This document shows positions 46,949 through 56,744 of a DNA stretch of 64,000 nucleotides, one piece after another; position 1 is the stretch's first letter, and every line of letters begins with the position of its first letter. The notes under the pieces are model-generated. The model worked only from the letters and a program-made list of their open reading frames with translations. It was not told the DNA's origin and did not search any database. The stretch is taken from assembly GCA_038227875.1 (NCBI GenBank), contig JBBRPR010000002.1:43316-107315 (forward strand), read 5' to 3'. Position numbers and translations under genes: made by a program. This DNA is from Planctomycetota bacterium. GTDB taxonomy: Bacteria; Planctomycetota; SZUA-567; H5-PLA8.

Positions 46949-48988
46949 ATGCCCACGCGCCGCGCCACGCCCGCAACTCCCGTGTTTCCCCGCAACGCCA
47001 CACCACCGGACAAACATGGCTATCCGCATTACCAGCGCATGGCCGCAGCCACGGTGAATTTCAAGCGCGCGTATCTGAAAGAGATCGCGGCGCGGCGGGA
47101 CGTTCGCGCGAAGCTCTACCGCGGCCGGGCGAATGTGGCGAAATTCGCGCGGCGTGTGCCGGTGCTGCGAGCACAACTGGCGGAGTGCCTCGGGTTGGCG
47201 CTCGCGGCACGTAACCCGGTCGAACGGCCCCCGCGATTCGTGCGGGGAAATCCCTTGTTCTCGAAAACGCCGGAGCCGGGTACGCCGGCGTGGGCGGCCG
47301 ATCTGCGCACAATTTATTACGACCTGCCCAACGCGGCATGGGACGGCGGGTCGGTGGAATTGATGGTGCTGAAGAGTGTGCAGCACCGCGATCCGAAGTT
47401 GGCGCCGGTGTTGTTGATTCCCGATTCCGGCGCGGTGCTCTTCGGCGCGCAGAGCCCCGAGACGGCGGCGCGCGCGTGGGGCCTGGAACTGGCGGCCGCG
47501 GGATTTGTCGTCGGGATTCCCAAACTGCCCGGGCTGGAGCGTTTCTCCGCGACGCAGAACAAGCGGCGGTTGCTGGAAGGCGCGTGCACGCTGGGCGAAG
47601 TCGTCGGCGAAGCGGCGCGAGCGCTCGACGGATTGCTTCACCTATCGCCGGACAAAGCCAGGCGCGCGTGGATCGCCGGTTCCGGCGTCGGTGCCACAGC
47701 GGCGCTGCTGCTCGGCGCAACTGATGGGCGCACGGCCGGTGTGCTCTGCGATGAACTGCTGGCGATCGGTACGGGCTCGGACGTGGATGCGCTGATGGTG
47801 CCGCGCTTCAATCGGACCACGGACCTGCATGAGATCGTCGCGTCGCTCTCGCCACGGCCGGTGGTCTTCGTGAAGCCCGCGCCAGGAACGAATGGGCTGG
47901 CGGCGAATCCGGATGCGCTGCGCACAGCCTCGAAGAGCGCGACGGTTTTTCGCGCCGGGCAGAAGTCCGCTGTCATCGCGTGGATGAAGTCGCGCAAACT
48001 CGACGCGGTGAAGTCCGCTCCGCAGAATGTGATCGTGCGCGGGAAGATTCCGAATCGGAAGTACGCCATCTGTAACGTGCCGGACGCGAAAACGTGGCAG
48101 CAGTGGGCCAAAAAGCTCCGCGCCACGTACCGCGTCCAAGCGGGCATGCCGGCCGTTAGCAAACCGCTGGACGTTAAATTAATGGGGCGCGTCGAACTTC
48201 CCGACTGCACGCGCGAAGAGTACCACGTCCGCACGGGCGAATTCACGTGGTCGAACCTCACCTTCCTGCGTCCCCACGGACCGAAGCGAAAACGGACGAC
48301 GATCCTGCATCTTCCCGGATCGGGCAGCGACGTGGCGCAAGTGGAGCATCCTTACGGCCACGAAATTGTCGCGGAAGGCTGGAATGCGTGCATTATCGAT
48401 GCGCGCGTGGCGCTCTATCCGTGGCTGCCGAACATTCCGGAAGGCACGGCCATGATCAACCAGTCGCTGCACGATTTGTGCTGCTGCCTGGATTACGTAG
48501 CCTCACGCGACGATGTGGACGCGGCGCGCATCGGCTGCATGGGCGTGTCGCAGGGCGGCACCCATACGTGGATGCTCGCCGCGATGGACGACCGCATCGC
48601 GGCCGCCGCACCGATCTGCGGCGCCTGCACCTACCGATCATTGTGGGATGAATGGCGAACGGAGTGGTACGACGGCGAGTTCTTGAGCTTTCTCGACAGC
48701 GGCACGATCTATTACACCACGCCGGGCGTGCTGCATCTCGGTGACCAGCAGGATCTCTGCGGGCTGATCGCGCCGCGCCCGTTCGCGCTGATCGGCGCCA
48801 ATCACGACAATTGTTTTCCGCTCAGTGGCATGCGCGAATGCGACCGCGATTTGACGCGGCTCTACCGACTGCACGGCAAGGCGGAGAATTTTCTCTACTA
48901 CGAATTCGACGGCGAGCACAGCATGCCCGAGCATTCACGGCGCGCGGCGTATGCGTTTTTTAAGAAGGCGGGAATCGGCGGTCACTGA
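46949..48988 (+). CDS. Tandem alpha/beta-hydrolase protein (dienelactone hydrolase/carbohydrate-esterase-like)
   Basis: C-terminal domain RIGCMGVSQGG, AAMDDRI, LIAPRP, HDNCFP, GEH; degenerate N-terminal copy. GGAGG RBS. Confidence 0.85.
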   Translation: MPTRRATPATPVFPRNATPPDKHGYPHYQRMAAATVNFKRAYLKEIAARRDVRAKLYRGRANVAKFARRVPVLRAQLAECLGLALAARNPVERPPRFVRGNPLFSKTPEPGTPAWAADLRTIYYDLPNAAWDGGSVELMVLKSVQHRDPKLAPVLLIPDSGAVLFGAQSPETAARAWGLELAAAGFVVGIPKLPGLERFSATQNKRRLLEGACTLGEVVGEAARALDGLLHLSPDKARRAWIAGSGVGATAALLLGATDGRTAGVLCDELLAIGTGSDVDALMVPRFNRTTDLHEIVASLSPRPVVFVKPAPGTNGLAANPDALRTASKSATVFRAGQKSAVIAWMKSRKLDAVKSAPQNVIVRGKIPNRKYAICNVPDAKTWQQWAKKLRATYRVQAGMPAVSKPLDVKLMGRVELPDCTREEYHVRTGEFTWSNLTFLRPHGPKRKRTTILHLPGSGSDVAQVEHPYGHEIVAEGWNACIIDARVALYPWLPNIPEGTAMINQSLHDLCCCLDYVASRDDVDAARIGCMGVSQGGTHTWMLAAMDDRIAAAAPICGACTYRSLWDEWRTEWYDGEFLSFLDSGTIYYTTPGVLHLGDQQDLCGLIAPRPFALIGANHDNCFPLSGMRECDRDLTRLYRLHGKAENFLYYEFDGEHSMPEHSRRAAYAFFKKAGIGGH

Positions 48989-49455
48989 TGAATCGATTGA
49001 TCCCAACCAGGGCCAGAATGCATTCCAGATTCAGGCTCAACCGAAACCCAGTCAGACATACTCAACGGCGGTTCGCCTTTCTCGGCGCGATCGATCATCT
49101 CGACTAGAATGCTCAGACAAAGGATCCAATCTTTGTGAAGTTTGCTGGTGTCGGTGAATTGCAACCGATGAAGTGCTCGCCGCGCGGCGGCGTAGAAGCG
49201 TTGATGATTGTCGACGGTCAGTTCTCGAAGATCCAAATGGCGAAGCACATTCTCATTGTCCGATTTTCTTATCCAACAGTAATCAATATCGATATCGTCG
49301 GGACCGGGCAGTAACCCGCGCAGCCAAGTCGCCAGATCTTTTTCTGCCGGGGAGTTTATGAGTTCGTCGATAACTCCATTGATAGCGGCGTCATAGAATG
49401 TCCAGCGCCGGGCAAAGCATCTACCGTCGTGAAGAATGATGAAGCCACTGGCCAT
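48982..49455 (-). CDS. Hypothetical protein (visibly more AT-rich)
   Basis: 157-aa ORF filling the gap; Trp/Asp-rich; 7-nt convergent overlap with the hydrolase gene. Confidence 0.7.
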   Translation of the reverse strand: MASGFIILHDGRCFARRWTFYDAAINGVIDELINSPAEKDLATWLRGLLPGPDDIDIDYCWIRKSDNENVLRHLDLRELTVDNHQRFYAAARRALHRLQFTDTSKLHKDWILCLSILVEMIDRAEKGEPPLSMSDWVSVEPESGMHSGPGWDQSIHQ

Positions 49456-49500
49456 GCTAAATTATCACGTAGAATTCGAATATAGATACGGTGTGTGGCG

Positions 49501-50001
49501 CTACTCGAGCGGCTCTTTCGCTTCGCCGTCCTTCGTAACGGGCGTGGGTGCGGCGAGATCCATGATCTTCTTCTTTTCCTGCTCGGTGAGCTTGGGCCAG
49601 GCGGCCTTGATGCGGTTGAGCTCACGTTCGGCGGCCAGTGAGCGAACGGCATCGTCGGGCTTGCGCAGCGCCGCGGCGGGCACGCGTTCGTGGATTTCGG
49701 ATGTGTCGAACTTGGGCATGTGGGCTGTGTGCAACGAGAACGCAAAAGCGGCGTTGGTTAGCATCCAGAGCGTGAACGACGCGGTTTCGAAAGCGACGGG
49801 GCGGAATTCGGTGACGATCATCACGTAAAGTGAAGCCAGCGCGGCGGCTCCGTAAGCGCTGACGGAGATCGCGACCAGCGGCAGGGCGTAATCGCCGTGA
49901 AGCAATTCAGAAACGATGAAGAGACCGACGACTTGAAACGTCAACCCAACGAACAAGTCTGTTCGTCGCTGGCGGACTGTCATCAGTTCGGCCGTTCGCA
50001 C
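49501..50001 (-). CDS. Hypothetical membrane protein (3 TM + soluble tail)
   Basis: GAGGGG RBS with GTG start; hydrophobic N-terminal half. Confidence 0.7.
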   Translation of the reverse strand: MRTAELMTVRQRRTDLFVGLTFQVVGLFIVSELLHGDYALPLVAISVSAYGAAALASLYVMIVTEFRPVAFETASFTLWMLTNAAFAFSLHTAHMPKFDTSEIHERVPAAALRKPDDAVRSLAAERELNRIKAAWPKLTEQEKKKIMDLAAPTPVTKDGEAKEPLE

Positions 50002-50158
50002 GGATATGCCCCTCAGCCATGGATCGGGATCGACTCTTTATACGCATTACGCTAACGATCAGTGCGGTGAGTGTCCACAATAAAGACGTTTCTGGCGATT
50101 ATAAATTTCCAAGAAAATTGAATTAGGGATCTGGTGGGGTAGTAGGTACGACGCACCG

Positions 50159-50953
50159 CTACGCAATTTTTACGGCGATCATCGTGATGTCGTCTTCCTG
50201 TTCCAAAGCGCCAATGTGGCTCTGGACGGATTCTTCCATCAGGTCGATCATTTCGGCGGCGGACAAGGAGTAGTTTTTGACCAGCAGATCTTTGATCCGC
50301 TCTTCGCCAAACTCTTCCTTGTTCTTATTCGGAGCTTCTGAGAGACCGTCCGTGTACTGGAAAAGCAGGTCGCCCTGGCAGAGCTGGATGGTTTCTTCCT
50401 TGGTGACGACGCCAAATGTTTTGCCGGTTTTATCGACGCCGATGACCATGCCGTTGGGTTTGATCTCAGTGATGACCGGGTTGCGGCGCGGGTTGACGAG
50501 GTACGGCGGGCTGTTGCCGGCGCGCGCGAATTTGAAAATGTGCTGCTGCGTATCGAGAATGCCATAAGCGGCGGAGACGAACGTCTGGCCGTCGAGGTCC
50601 TTGCCCAGATCGGCGTTGGTCAGGGCCAGCGCCTGGAGCGGGCTGGAGAGTCCGCGCGCGTAAATCTGAAGCGCTTTCTTGGCCATCCCCATGATGATCC
50701 CGGCTTCGACGCCGTGACCGGAAACGTCGCCCATGGCGATACCGATCTCGTGATCGGAGACCATGATGAAATCGTAGAAGTCGCCGGAGACGTTCGCGCA
50801 CGGTAAGTAGAGACTCTTAAAATCGTAGCCGGGCAGTTTGGGCATGGTCGGGAGCATGTGAAGCTGGCGCTGACGCGCCGTCTTCATGCTCTTTTCCATC
50901 TCCGTTTTTTGACGGAGCTCCGTGGCGAGTTGTTTTAGTCTTGAGGCATCCAT
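50159..50953 (-). CDS. PP2C/SpoIIE (RsbU-like) Ser/Thr phosphatase
   Basis: ARQRQLHMLP, VSGDFYDF, MGDVSGHG, YTDGLSEA, FGEER, QEDDIT. Confidence 0.93.
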   Translation of the reverse strand: MDASRLKQLATELRQKTEMEKSMKTARQRQLHMLPTMPKLPGYDFKSLYLPCANVSGDFYDFIMVSDHEIGIAMGDVSGHGVEAGIIMGMAKKALQIYARGLSSPLQALALTNADLGKDLDGQTFVSAAYGILDTQQHIFKFARAGNSPPYLVNPRRNPVITEIKPNGMVIGVDKTGKTFGVVTKEETIQLCQGDLLFQYTDGLSEAPNKNKEEFGEERIKDLLVKNYSLSAAEMIDLMEESVQSHIGALEQEDDITMIAVKIA

Positions 50954-51168
50954 ACGTTGAATACGAGCCCTGGGTGTAACGGGCCTGATGAAATACACAC
51001 GTCTACTTCAGCGCGTTCGCGCACAGGCGAATTTCATCAGGTCCGCCACTACACACACGTTCACTCTACCTGACCCGTGCACATAGAGTCAAACGCGTAT
51101 TCGCTAGATAAAAATCTAAGTGAACCTTCGGCAGAAACTGCGCGCGGAAACTACCGGATGCAACACAC

Positions 51169-52122
51169 TCAAGCGTTGATTCCCGGCACCATCGGCAGGT
51201 CTTCTCCGTCTTCAGCTTCCTTTGGCACTTCCTTGGGCTTTTCGACGAAGCGTTTGTCGTGGCGCTGGCGGGCGTCGGCCAGGAAGCGGAAGAGGCGTTC
51301 GCGCGCGGCTTCGGCGCCTGGCGTACCGTGCATCGCCAGCATTTCCACTTCGTTGGCGAGGCTCAGCAATTCCTGGCCGAGTTCCTTCAAGGCCTTGCCG
51401 ACTTCATGGGCGTTCTGATCGGCGATGTCAGTCCACATCGCCGGATCGCTGCCCGCCAGCCGTGTGGTGTCGCGCAGGCCGGGGCCGGAGATTTCCAGCG
51501 ACTTGTCCGTTTGAATGTCGATTAGCGCCGCGGCGAGAATGTGCGGCAGATGGCTGGAGCGCGCGAGCACCGCGTCGTGTTCGTCCGGTGGCATGCGGAA
51601 CGTGCGAAGATTGAGCGCCTTCCAGAATTCTTCGACCTTGCGGTACGCTTCGATGTCCGTCTGCTGTGTCGGCGTGATCACGCAGGGCGCGTGGTCGAGC
51701 ACAACCAGGTCGGAGGCTTCGATGCCCTTCTTTTCACTGCCGGCGATGGGATGGCTGCCGACGAAACTGACTTTGGATTTGGAGCGGTGGATCAGATTTT
51801 CGATCTCGCGGACGATCACGCCCTTTGAAGAGCCGATGTCGGTGATGATCGCGCCTTCGCGGCAGGCGGGAAGCACGGCGGCAGCGGCGTCGAGAATGGT
51901 GCGGACGGGAACGCAGAGGATAATCAGGTCGGCATTCTGAACCGCGGAGCGCAGGTCGACGCTGGCATCGTCCACGGCGCCTTTCAAGCGCGCGCGTTCG
52001 ATGGTCTCGGCGTTATCCGCGGCTCCGACGACGCGGTTGGCTGCGCCTGTTCGGCGGGCCGCCATACCAATGGCGCCGCCCATCATACCCAACCCTACAA
52101 TGCACAACCGATGTACGACCAC
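51169..52122 (-). CDS. tyrA: Prephenate/arogenate dehydrogenase
   Basis: IVGLGMMGG, TDIGSSK, FVGSHPIAGSE, HDAVLARSSHLPH, GLRDTTRLAGSDPAMW. GAGGG RBS with GTG 52122. Confidence 0.92.
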   Translation of the reverse strand: MVVHRLCIVGLGMMGGAIGMAARRTGAANRVVGAADNAETIERARLKGAVDDASVDLRSAVQNADLIILCVPVRTILDAAAAVLPACREGAIITDIGSSKGVIVREIENLIHRSKSKVSFVGSHPIAGSEKKGIEASDLVVLDHAPCVITPTQQTDIEAYRKVEEFWKALNLRTFRMPPDEHDAVLARSSHLPHILAAALIDIQTDKSLEISGPGLRDTTRLAGSDPAMWTDIADQNAHEVGKALKELGQELLSLANEVEMLAMHGTPGAEAARERLFRFLADARQRHDKRFVEKPKEVPKEAEDGEDLPMVPGINA

Positions 52123-52327
52123 GCGTGATTCCCTCGTCTCAAAAATGACACGGGTGATAGGGTAGCAGATGCGGCGAGAGGGTTCAAGTCGGGTGCGGTG
52201 GGGGGGCGAATTCGCGCCTTCGGCTTTCCTGAGGAGAATTGCGCCGGCATCCTCCCCAGACACAGTCAGGACATTGGGTGCCTCGCAACAAAGCTTGATG
52301 TGTGAACGGAACCGATATGGAAATTGT

Positions 52328-52669
52328 CTACGCGTCCAAACCCAGCTTCGTTTTCATTTCTTGCGCCTGCGACTCAGACAGGGCGCAGAAATGGCGTTTG
52401 TCTTCGGAGATGACAATAGTCACGGGTTTGGTGAAATGCTTGACGTGGGGATTGGGCGCTCGATTCAGGTGTGCGGGATCGATGGTGATCACGTTCGTGT
52501 CGTAAATCTGGGTCGGATCCTTTTCGTCGGTCACCGGAGCAACCCACCACTCTTCGATGACGGCGGGTTCCAGATCGATGATCGTCGCTTCAAATGTCGG
52601 GACGCAGAACGCTTTTCCGTCAAAGGCGCAATAGCGTATGTCCTTGTATTTTTCAGCCAGCGTAGCCAT
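52328..52669 (-). CDS. Hypothetical protein
   Basis: GAGG RBS, 113 aa, coding-like codon usage. Confidence 0.75.
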   Translation of the reverse strand: MATLAEKYKDIRYCAFDGKAFCVPTFEATIIDLEPAVIEEWWVAPVTDEKDPTQIYDTNVITIDPAHLNRAPNPHVKHFTKPVTIVISEDKRHFCALSESQAQEMKTKLGLDA

Positions 52670-52727
52670 GTCGATTTCCTCAAAAAAATTTCATGAATAG
52701 TAAAAAGCGTTCTGCGCCCACATCGGG

Positions 52728-52955
52728 TTACTTGGTCTCGATCTTGGTTTCCTGCTTGGTTTTGGTTACCGAACCGTCGGGATTTTCCGTCTTCGTTTCG
52801 ATCTTTTCCTTCTTCGTGCCGTCGTCGTCGACCTTCACTTCCTTCTTGACGGTAGTCGGAGAAGTGGGCGTCACCGTGACCGACTCGCCACACCCTGCAA
52901 TCAACAGTGTGACCAACGCGCCCAATCCGGCCGTAAACATGCGATTCAATGACAT
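52728..52955 (-). CDS. Small Lys/Thr/Glu-rich lipoprotein
   Basis: AAGGAG RBS, lipobox LIAG-C, repeated DGT/DGS hairpin motifs. Confidence 0.85.
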   Translation of the reverse strand: MSLNRMFTAGLGALVTLLIAGCGESVTVTPTSPTTVKKEVKVDDDGTKKEKIETKTENPDGSVTKTKQETKIETK

Positions 52956-53001
52956 GATTATCTCCTTGAGAAAGGTTTCCGTGCACTGCGGCAATCATAA
53001 A

Positions 53002-53017
53002 TGCAAAGCAGAGGCCA
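53002..53017 (-). promoter_or_regulatory. Sigma-54 promoter TGGCCTCTGCTTTGCA
   Basis: GG-N10-GC with TTGCA, 46 nt upstream of the lipoprotein start. Confidence 0.7.
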
Positions 53018-53219
53018 AGCCGTTTCACCTGCGTCGGCGTATAGCGTTTCAATTCGATTGAGTGGATACCGACCACAAACGTCCGGAATTCGGGGGGCGG
53101 GACTGGCTTTTAGCTCGTGGCTCTTGGAATCCTGTCGGGTTGATTTGGTGCCACTGGCACGGAGGAGTTAGTGCGGAGCAAGAACTCAGTCTTGCCAGTG
53201 TGACCGTAGTGGCTACGAG

Positions 53220-54056
53220 CTAAGAGCCGCTCTTCCGCTGGCATTTCGGACAGAACCACGTGCCGCGCTGACCCATCACGATGCGTTTGATCGACGTCTT
53301 ACAGCGCGAGCACGGTTGGCCTTCGCGGCCGTACGCGAGAAGTTCGCGCTGGAACCAGCCGGATTCGCCTTCGGCGTTGCGAAAGTTTTCGATGCTCGAT
53401 CCGCCGGCTTCGATCGCGGAGCGGAGCACGGTCTGGATCGCCGCGTGGAGTTCCCGCGCGCGCTCAGGTTTCACGCGCGAGGCTATGGCGAGCGGATGGA
53501 GTTTCGCCGCGTAGAGTGCTTCGTCGGCATAGATGTTGCCGACGCCGGCGAGGAACTCCTGGTTGAGCAGCAACGCTTTCAAGCGGCCGCCGCGGGCGCG
53601 CAGACGCGCGGCGAAATCGTCGGCGGAGATCTCGAGCGGCTCGGGGCCGAGCTTGGCGATCGATTTCATCGCGTCGAGCACGGCGCTTTTTCCGGTCCAC
53701 ACACGGCCGAACGTGCGGATGTCGCGGAAGAGCAGTAATTCGTTGCCGCCGTCGAGTCCAAAGCGTACGCGCGCGTACGCGTCGTTGAGTTCGTGCGGCG
53801 CCTTTGCGGGAATGACGCCCAGCCATCCGGTCATCCGAAGATGGACGGTCATGCCGAAATCCGATTCCAGCAGGACGCGAATGTATTTGCCGCGGCGCTG
53901 GACGTCGATCACGCGCTGGTTGATCAGGCACTGCGGCTTGGCCGGCGATTCGGAGACCGTGGGCTTGTGGAGGACTTCGACGCCCACGATCTTTCGGCCG
54001 ACGAGGGACGTTTTCAAACCGCGCACGACGGTTTCGACTTCGGGGAGTTCTGGCAT
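53220..54056 (-). CDS. mutM: Formamidopyrimidine-DNA glycosylase
   Basis: MPELPEVETV, RRGKY, HLRMTG, DIRTFG, GVGNIYADE, zinc finger CSRC..CPKCQ. Confidence 0.97.
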   Translation of the reverse strand: MPELPEVETVVRGLKTSLVGRKIVGVEVLHKPTVSESPAKPQCLINQRVIDVQRRGKYIRVLLESDFGMTVHLRMTGWLGVIPAKAPHELNDAYARVRFGLDGGNELLLFRDIRTFGRVWTGKSAVLDAMKSIAKLGPEPLEISADDFAARLRARGGRLKALLLNQEFLAGVGNIYADEALYAAKLHPLAIASRVKPERARELHAAIQTVLRSAIEAGGSSIENFRNAEGESGWFQRELLAYGREGQPCSRCKTSIKRIVMGQRGTWFCPKCQRKSGS

Positions 54057-54067
54057 TGGCGATGATT

Positions 54068-55009
54068 CTATTTCACGAGTAGGACGCGCTCGACGAACAC
54101 GGCCGCAAAGAGCAGCAGACTGACACAGCCGTTGATGGTGAAGAAAGCCACGTTGACGCGGCTGAGGTCGTTGGGCCGGACGATCCAATGTTCGTACAGG
54201 AGTAAACCGGCGACAAGGACCACGCTGCCAAAATACCACGCGCCCATCGCCGCGTAAATTCCGCATGCAGCCAGGAGCGCGACGGCCAGCACATGCAGCA
54301 CGGCCGACAGGATCAGCGAGTTGCGGATACCGATTTCCTTGGGCATGGAGTGCAAACGCGGATCGGCCAGATCGACGGCGTAATCCTGGCAGGCGTAGAT
54401 CAAGTCGAAGCCGCTCACCCAGAGCAGCACGGTGGCGCTGAGGAGAATCGGAAACAGTTCCAGCGACAATCCCCAGCGCTGACCCAAACCGGCCAGCGGC
54501 GCGAGATCGCCGCGGACGGCCAGATGCGCGCCCAGCGGCGCCAGACCCAGCGCGAGCCCCAGCCAGAAATGACACAGGCAGGTGAAGCGCTTGGCCAGCG
54601 AATAGCCGAGCAGAATCGCGAGCACCGGCAGCGCCAGCACGAAGCAAATGTGATTGAATTGCGCCGCAAACAAACAGAAGAGCGCGCCGCTGATCAAGGT
54701 GAATGCCGCCATGAACGGCATCGAGACGGCGCCGGTGACCGTCGGCCGCGTGCGCGTGCGCGGGTTTTCGGCGTCGATGTCGCGGTCCATGAAGCGGTTG
54801 AAGGCCATCGCGGCACTGCGCGCGGAGATCATGCAGAGGACGATCAGCACCAGCGTGCGCGTGCCGGGCAGGCCCTGCGCGGCAACGATCATCGCCAGCA
54901 GCGCGAACGGCAGGGCGAAGATGGAATGTGCGAATTTAATCGAGTCGAGCAACAACGACAGCGACTTGAAGCTGAACGCGGCCGGATGAGCTGGGACTGT
55001 GGCGGGCAT
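54068..55009 (-). CDS. UbiA-family prenyltransferase (MqnP-like)
   Basis: IKFAHSIFALPFA, ARSAAMAFNRFMDRDIDAENPRT, GFDLIYACQD, NVAFFTING. Confidence 0.9.
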   Translation of the reverse strand: MPATVPAHPAAFSFKSLSLLLDSIKFAHSIFALPFALLAMIVAAQGLPGTRTLVLIVLCMISARSAAMAFNRFMDRDIDAENPRTRTRPTVTGAVSMPFMAAFTLISGALFCLFAAQFNHICFVLALPVLAILLGYSLAKRFTCLCHFWLGLALGLAPLGAHLAVRGDLAPLAGLGQRWGLSLELFPILLSATVLLWVSGFDLIYACQDYAVDLADPRLHSMPKEIGIRNSLILSAVLHVLAVALLAACGIYAAMGAWYFGSVVLVAGLLLYEHWIVRPNDLSRVNVAFFTINGCVSLLLFAAVFVERVLLVK

Positions 55010-55019
55010 GGGTTACGCC

Positions 55020-55460
55020 TCAGCTGATAATGGCCGTGCGCAGCTCGTCTTCCTTCAAATCCACGGCGGCCAGCACCGCGCCGGCGACGGTGTTGCGCGT
55101 GCGCGCCAGGCCCAGCAGAAGATGCTCCGGGCCAATCTGCGGCTTCTGTGCGCGGACAGATTCGTCTTTCGCCGCTTCGATCACGCGCTTGGCGCGTTCG
55201 CTGAACGTCAGTTGCTCGTCGGTGAGCTGCAGGTCGCCGACACGCAGGTGGTGTTCAACCAGAATCTTAATTTGCGCGGGTGTGGCATTGGCAATCTGGA
55301 AACCCTTGGCCAGGACCGTGTCGTTCATCTGGACCAGCGCCAGGAGCATGTGTTCGGGCGTGATGTGTGTGTGCTTGTACTTCAGCACCGAGGCCTTCGC
55401 CTGTTCGATCACCTGCCGCGTCGCGGGGGTGAAGCGGTCAGAGGTGGCGTTCCCGGACAT
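55020..55460 (-). CDS. Stand-alone Clp N-terminal (double Clp-N repeat) protein
   Basis: RFTPATRQVI..ITPEHMLLAL and FSERAKRVI..IGPEHLLLGL; no ATPase domain. Confidence 0.9.
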   Translation of the reverse strand: MSGNATSDRFTPATRQVIEQAKASVLKYKHTHITPEHMLLALVQMNDTVLAKGFQIANATPAQIKILVEHHLRVGDLQLTDEQLTFSERAKRVIEAAKDESVRAQKPQIGPEHLLLGLARTRNTVAGAVLAAVDLKEDELRTAIIS

Positions 55461-55525
55461 GGACTGTTGCTCCCGACGGTCGGTTCATGTGGAAAATTTC
55501 TAACCAGAGGATACCGTAAACCTTC

Positions 55526-56689
55526 ATGAGCAAAAATCAAAAATCCAAACCCGGAAATTCTTCGGAAGCCGTCGTCATTGGCGGCGGCGCCATGGGCTCA
55601 GCCACCGCGTTTGAGCTGGTCAAGCGCGGCGTCAAGACGCGGCTGTTCGAACAATATCTGATGGGCCACGATCTCGGATCCAGCCACGGGTATTCGCGAA
55701 TCATCCGCCGCGATTATTACGAGCACCCCGATTACGTGCCGCTCGTCGACCGCGCCTATGAACTCTGGCGCGAGCTGGAAGCGGCGTGCGGCGATCAGGT
55801 GTTGTACATCACCGGCATTCTCGGCATCGGCGTGCCGGGCGGAGAATACCTGACCGGTTCAGCGTTGAGCTGCAAGCGCTACAAAATTCCGCACGAACGC
55901 CTGACCGCCAAACAGATCCGCAAGCGCTTTCCGCAGTTCAATCCGCCGGAAAATTTCGAAGGCGTATATCAGAAGGACGGCGGAATTCTGGCGATCGAGC
56001 GCTGCATCCTCGCCTACCGCAATGAGACGCGCAAACTGGGCGGATTGATTCACGAGGACGAGGAAGTTCTCGCGATCGAACCGCAGCGCGGCGGCAAGTC
56101 GTTTCGCATCCGCACGCGCAAGGGCGAGTACACGACCGAGCGCGTGGTCATCTGCGCCGGGCCGTGGGCCGAGCGGATTTTGAAGACGCTGAAGCTGAAG
56201 GTGCCGCTGGAAGTCGAGCGCCAAACGCTGGGCTTTTACACGCCGCTGGAGCGCGCGCCGTTCGAGCTGGGGAAGATGCCGGTCTTCTTCTTCGACTTCG
56301 GCGATTCCAATTACTACGGGTTTCCGTTCTTCGGCATCGACTGCGTGAAGGTCGCGCGCCATCACGGGGGGTCGGTGGTGAATCCAGAGACCGTCGAGCG
56401 AAATTTTACCGACAGCGACAACGAGCAGCTGCTGCGCTTCCTGAAAAGTTACATGCCCAAAGCTGCCGGCACGATGCGCCTGGGCAAGGTGTGCCTCTAC
56501 ACCAACACGCCCGACCACGATTTCATTCTCGACAAGCACCCGGAATACGAAGGCCTCTCGATCGCGTCGGGCTTCAGCGGACACGGATTCAAGTTCGCCA
56601 GCAGCGTCGGGGAAGTGATGGCGGAGCTGGCGACGAAAGGAAAATCGCGGCACGGCATCGGGCGATTCCGCATCGATCGCTTTAAATAA
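55526..56689 (+). CDS. solA: Monomeric sarcosine oxidase/N-methyl-L-tryptophan oxidase family
   Basis: VIGGGAMGS, GSSHGYSRIIR, CLYTNTPDHDFILD, GFSGHGFKF. Confidence 0.88.
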   Translation: MSKNQKSKPGNSSEAVVIGGGAMGSATAFELVKRGVKTRLFEQYLMGHDLGSSHGYSRIIRRDYYEHPDYVPLVDRAYELWRELEAACGDQVLYITGILGIGVPGGEYLTGSALSCKRYKIPHERLTAKQIRKRFPQFNPPENFEGVYQKDGGILAIERCILAYRNETRKLGGLIHEDEEVLAIEPQRGGKSFRIRTRKGEYTTERVVICAGPWAERILKTLKLKVPLEVERQTLGFYTPLERAPFELGKMPVFFFDFGDSNYYGFPFFGIDCVKVARHHGGSVVNPETVERNFTDSDNEQLLRFLKSYMPKAAGTMRLGKVCLYTNTPDHDFILDKHPEYEGLSIASGFSGHGFKFASSVGEVMAELATKGKSRHGIGRFRIDRFK

Positions 56690-56744
56690 TCGCTGGAATG
56701 TGTGAGCGCTCCCCGTACCTTTTTTCCGCGGAGGGATATGCGTA

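Noticed and set aside
51169-52122. Functional link between tyrA and the N-acyl-tyrosine hypothesis
   Set aside because: The genes are about 44 kb apart among housekeeping genes; proximity is uninformative.
52175-52200. GGGTTCAAGTC resembling a tRNA T-loop
   Set aside because: The flanks do not form a T-stem or acceptor stem.
53152-53200. CACTGGCA..TGCCAGTG inverted repeat
   Set aside because: Short, single copy in the window and possibly a degenerate REP; too weak to call.
54057-54647. 197-aa N-terminal extension of mutM in the ORF track
   Set aside because: It overlaps the prenyltransferase gene, and Fpg needs the N-terminal Pro of MPELPEV at 54056.
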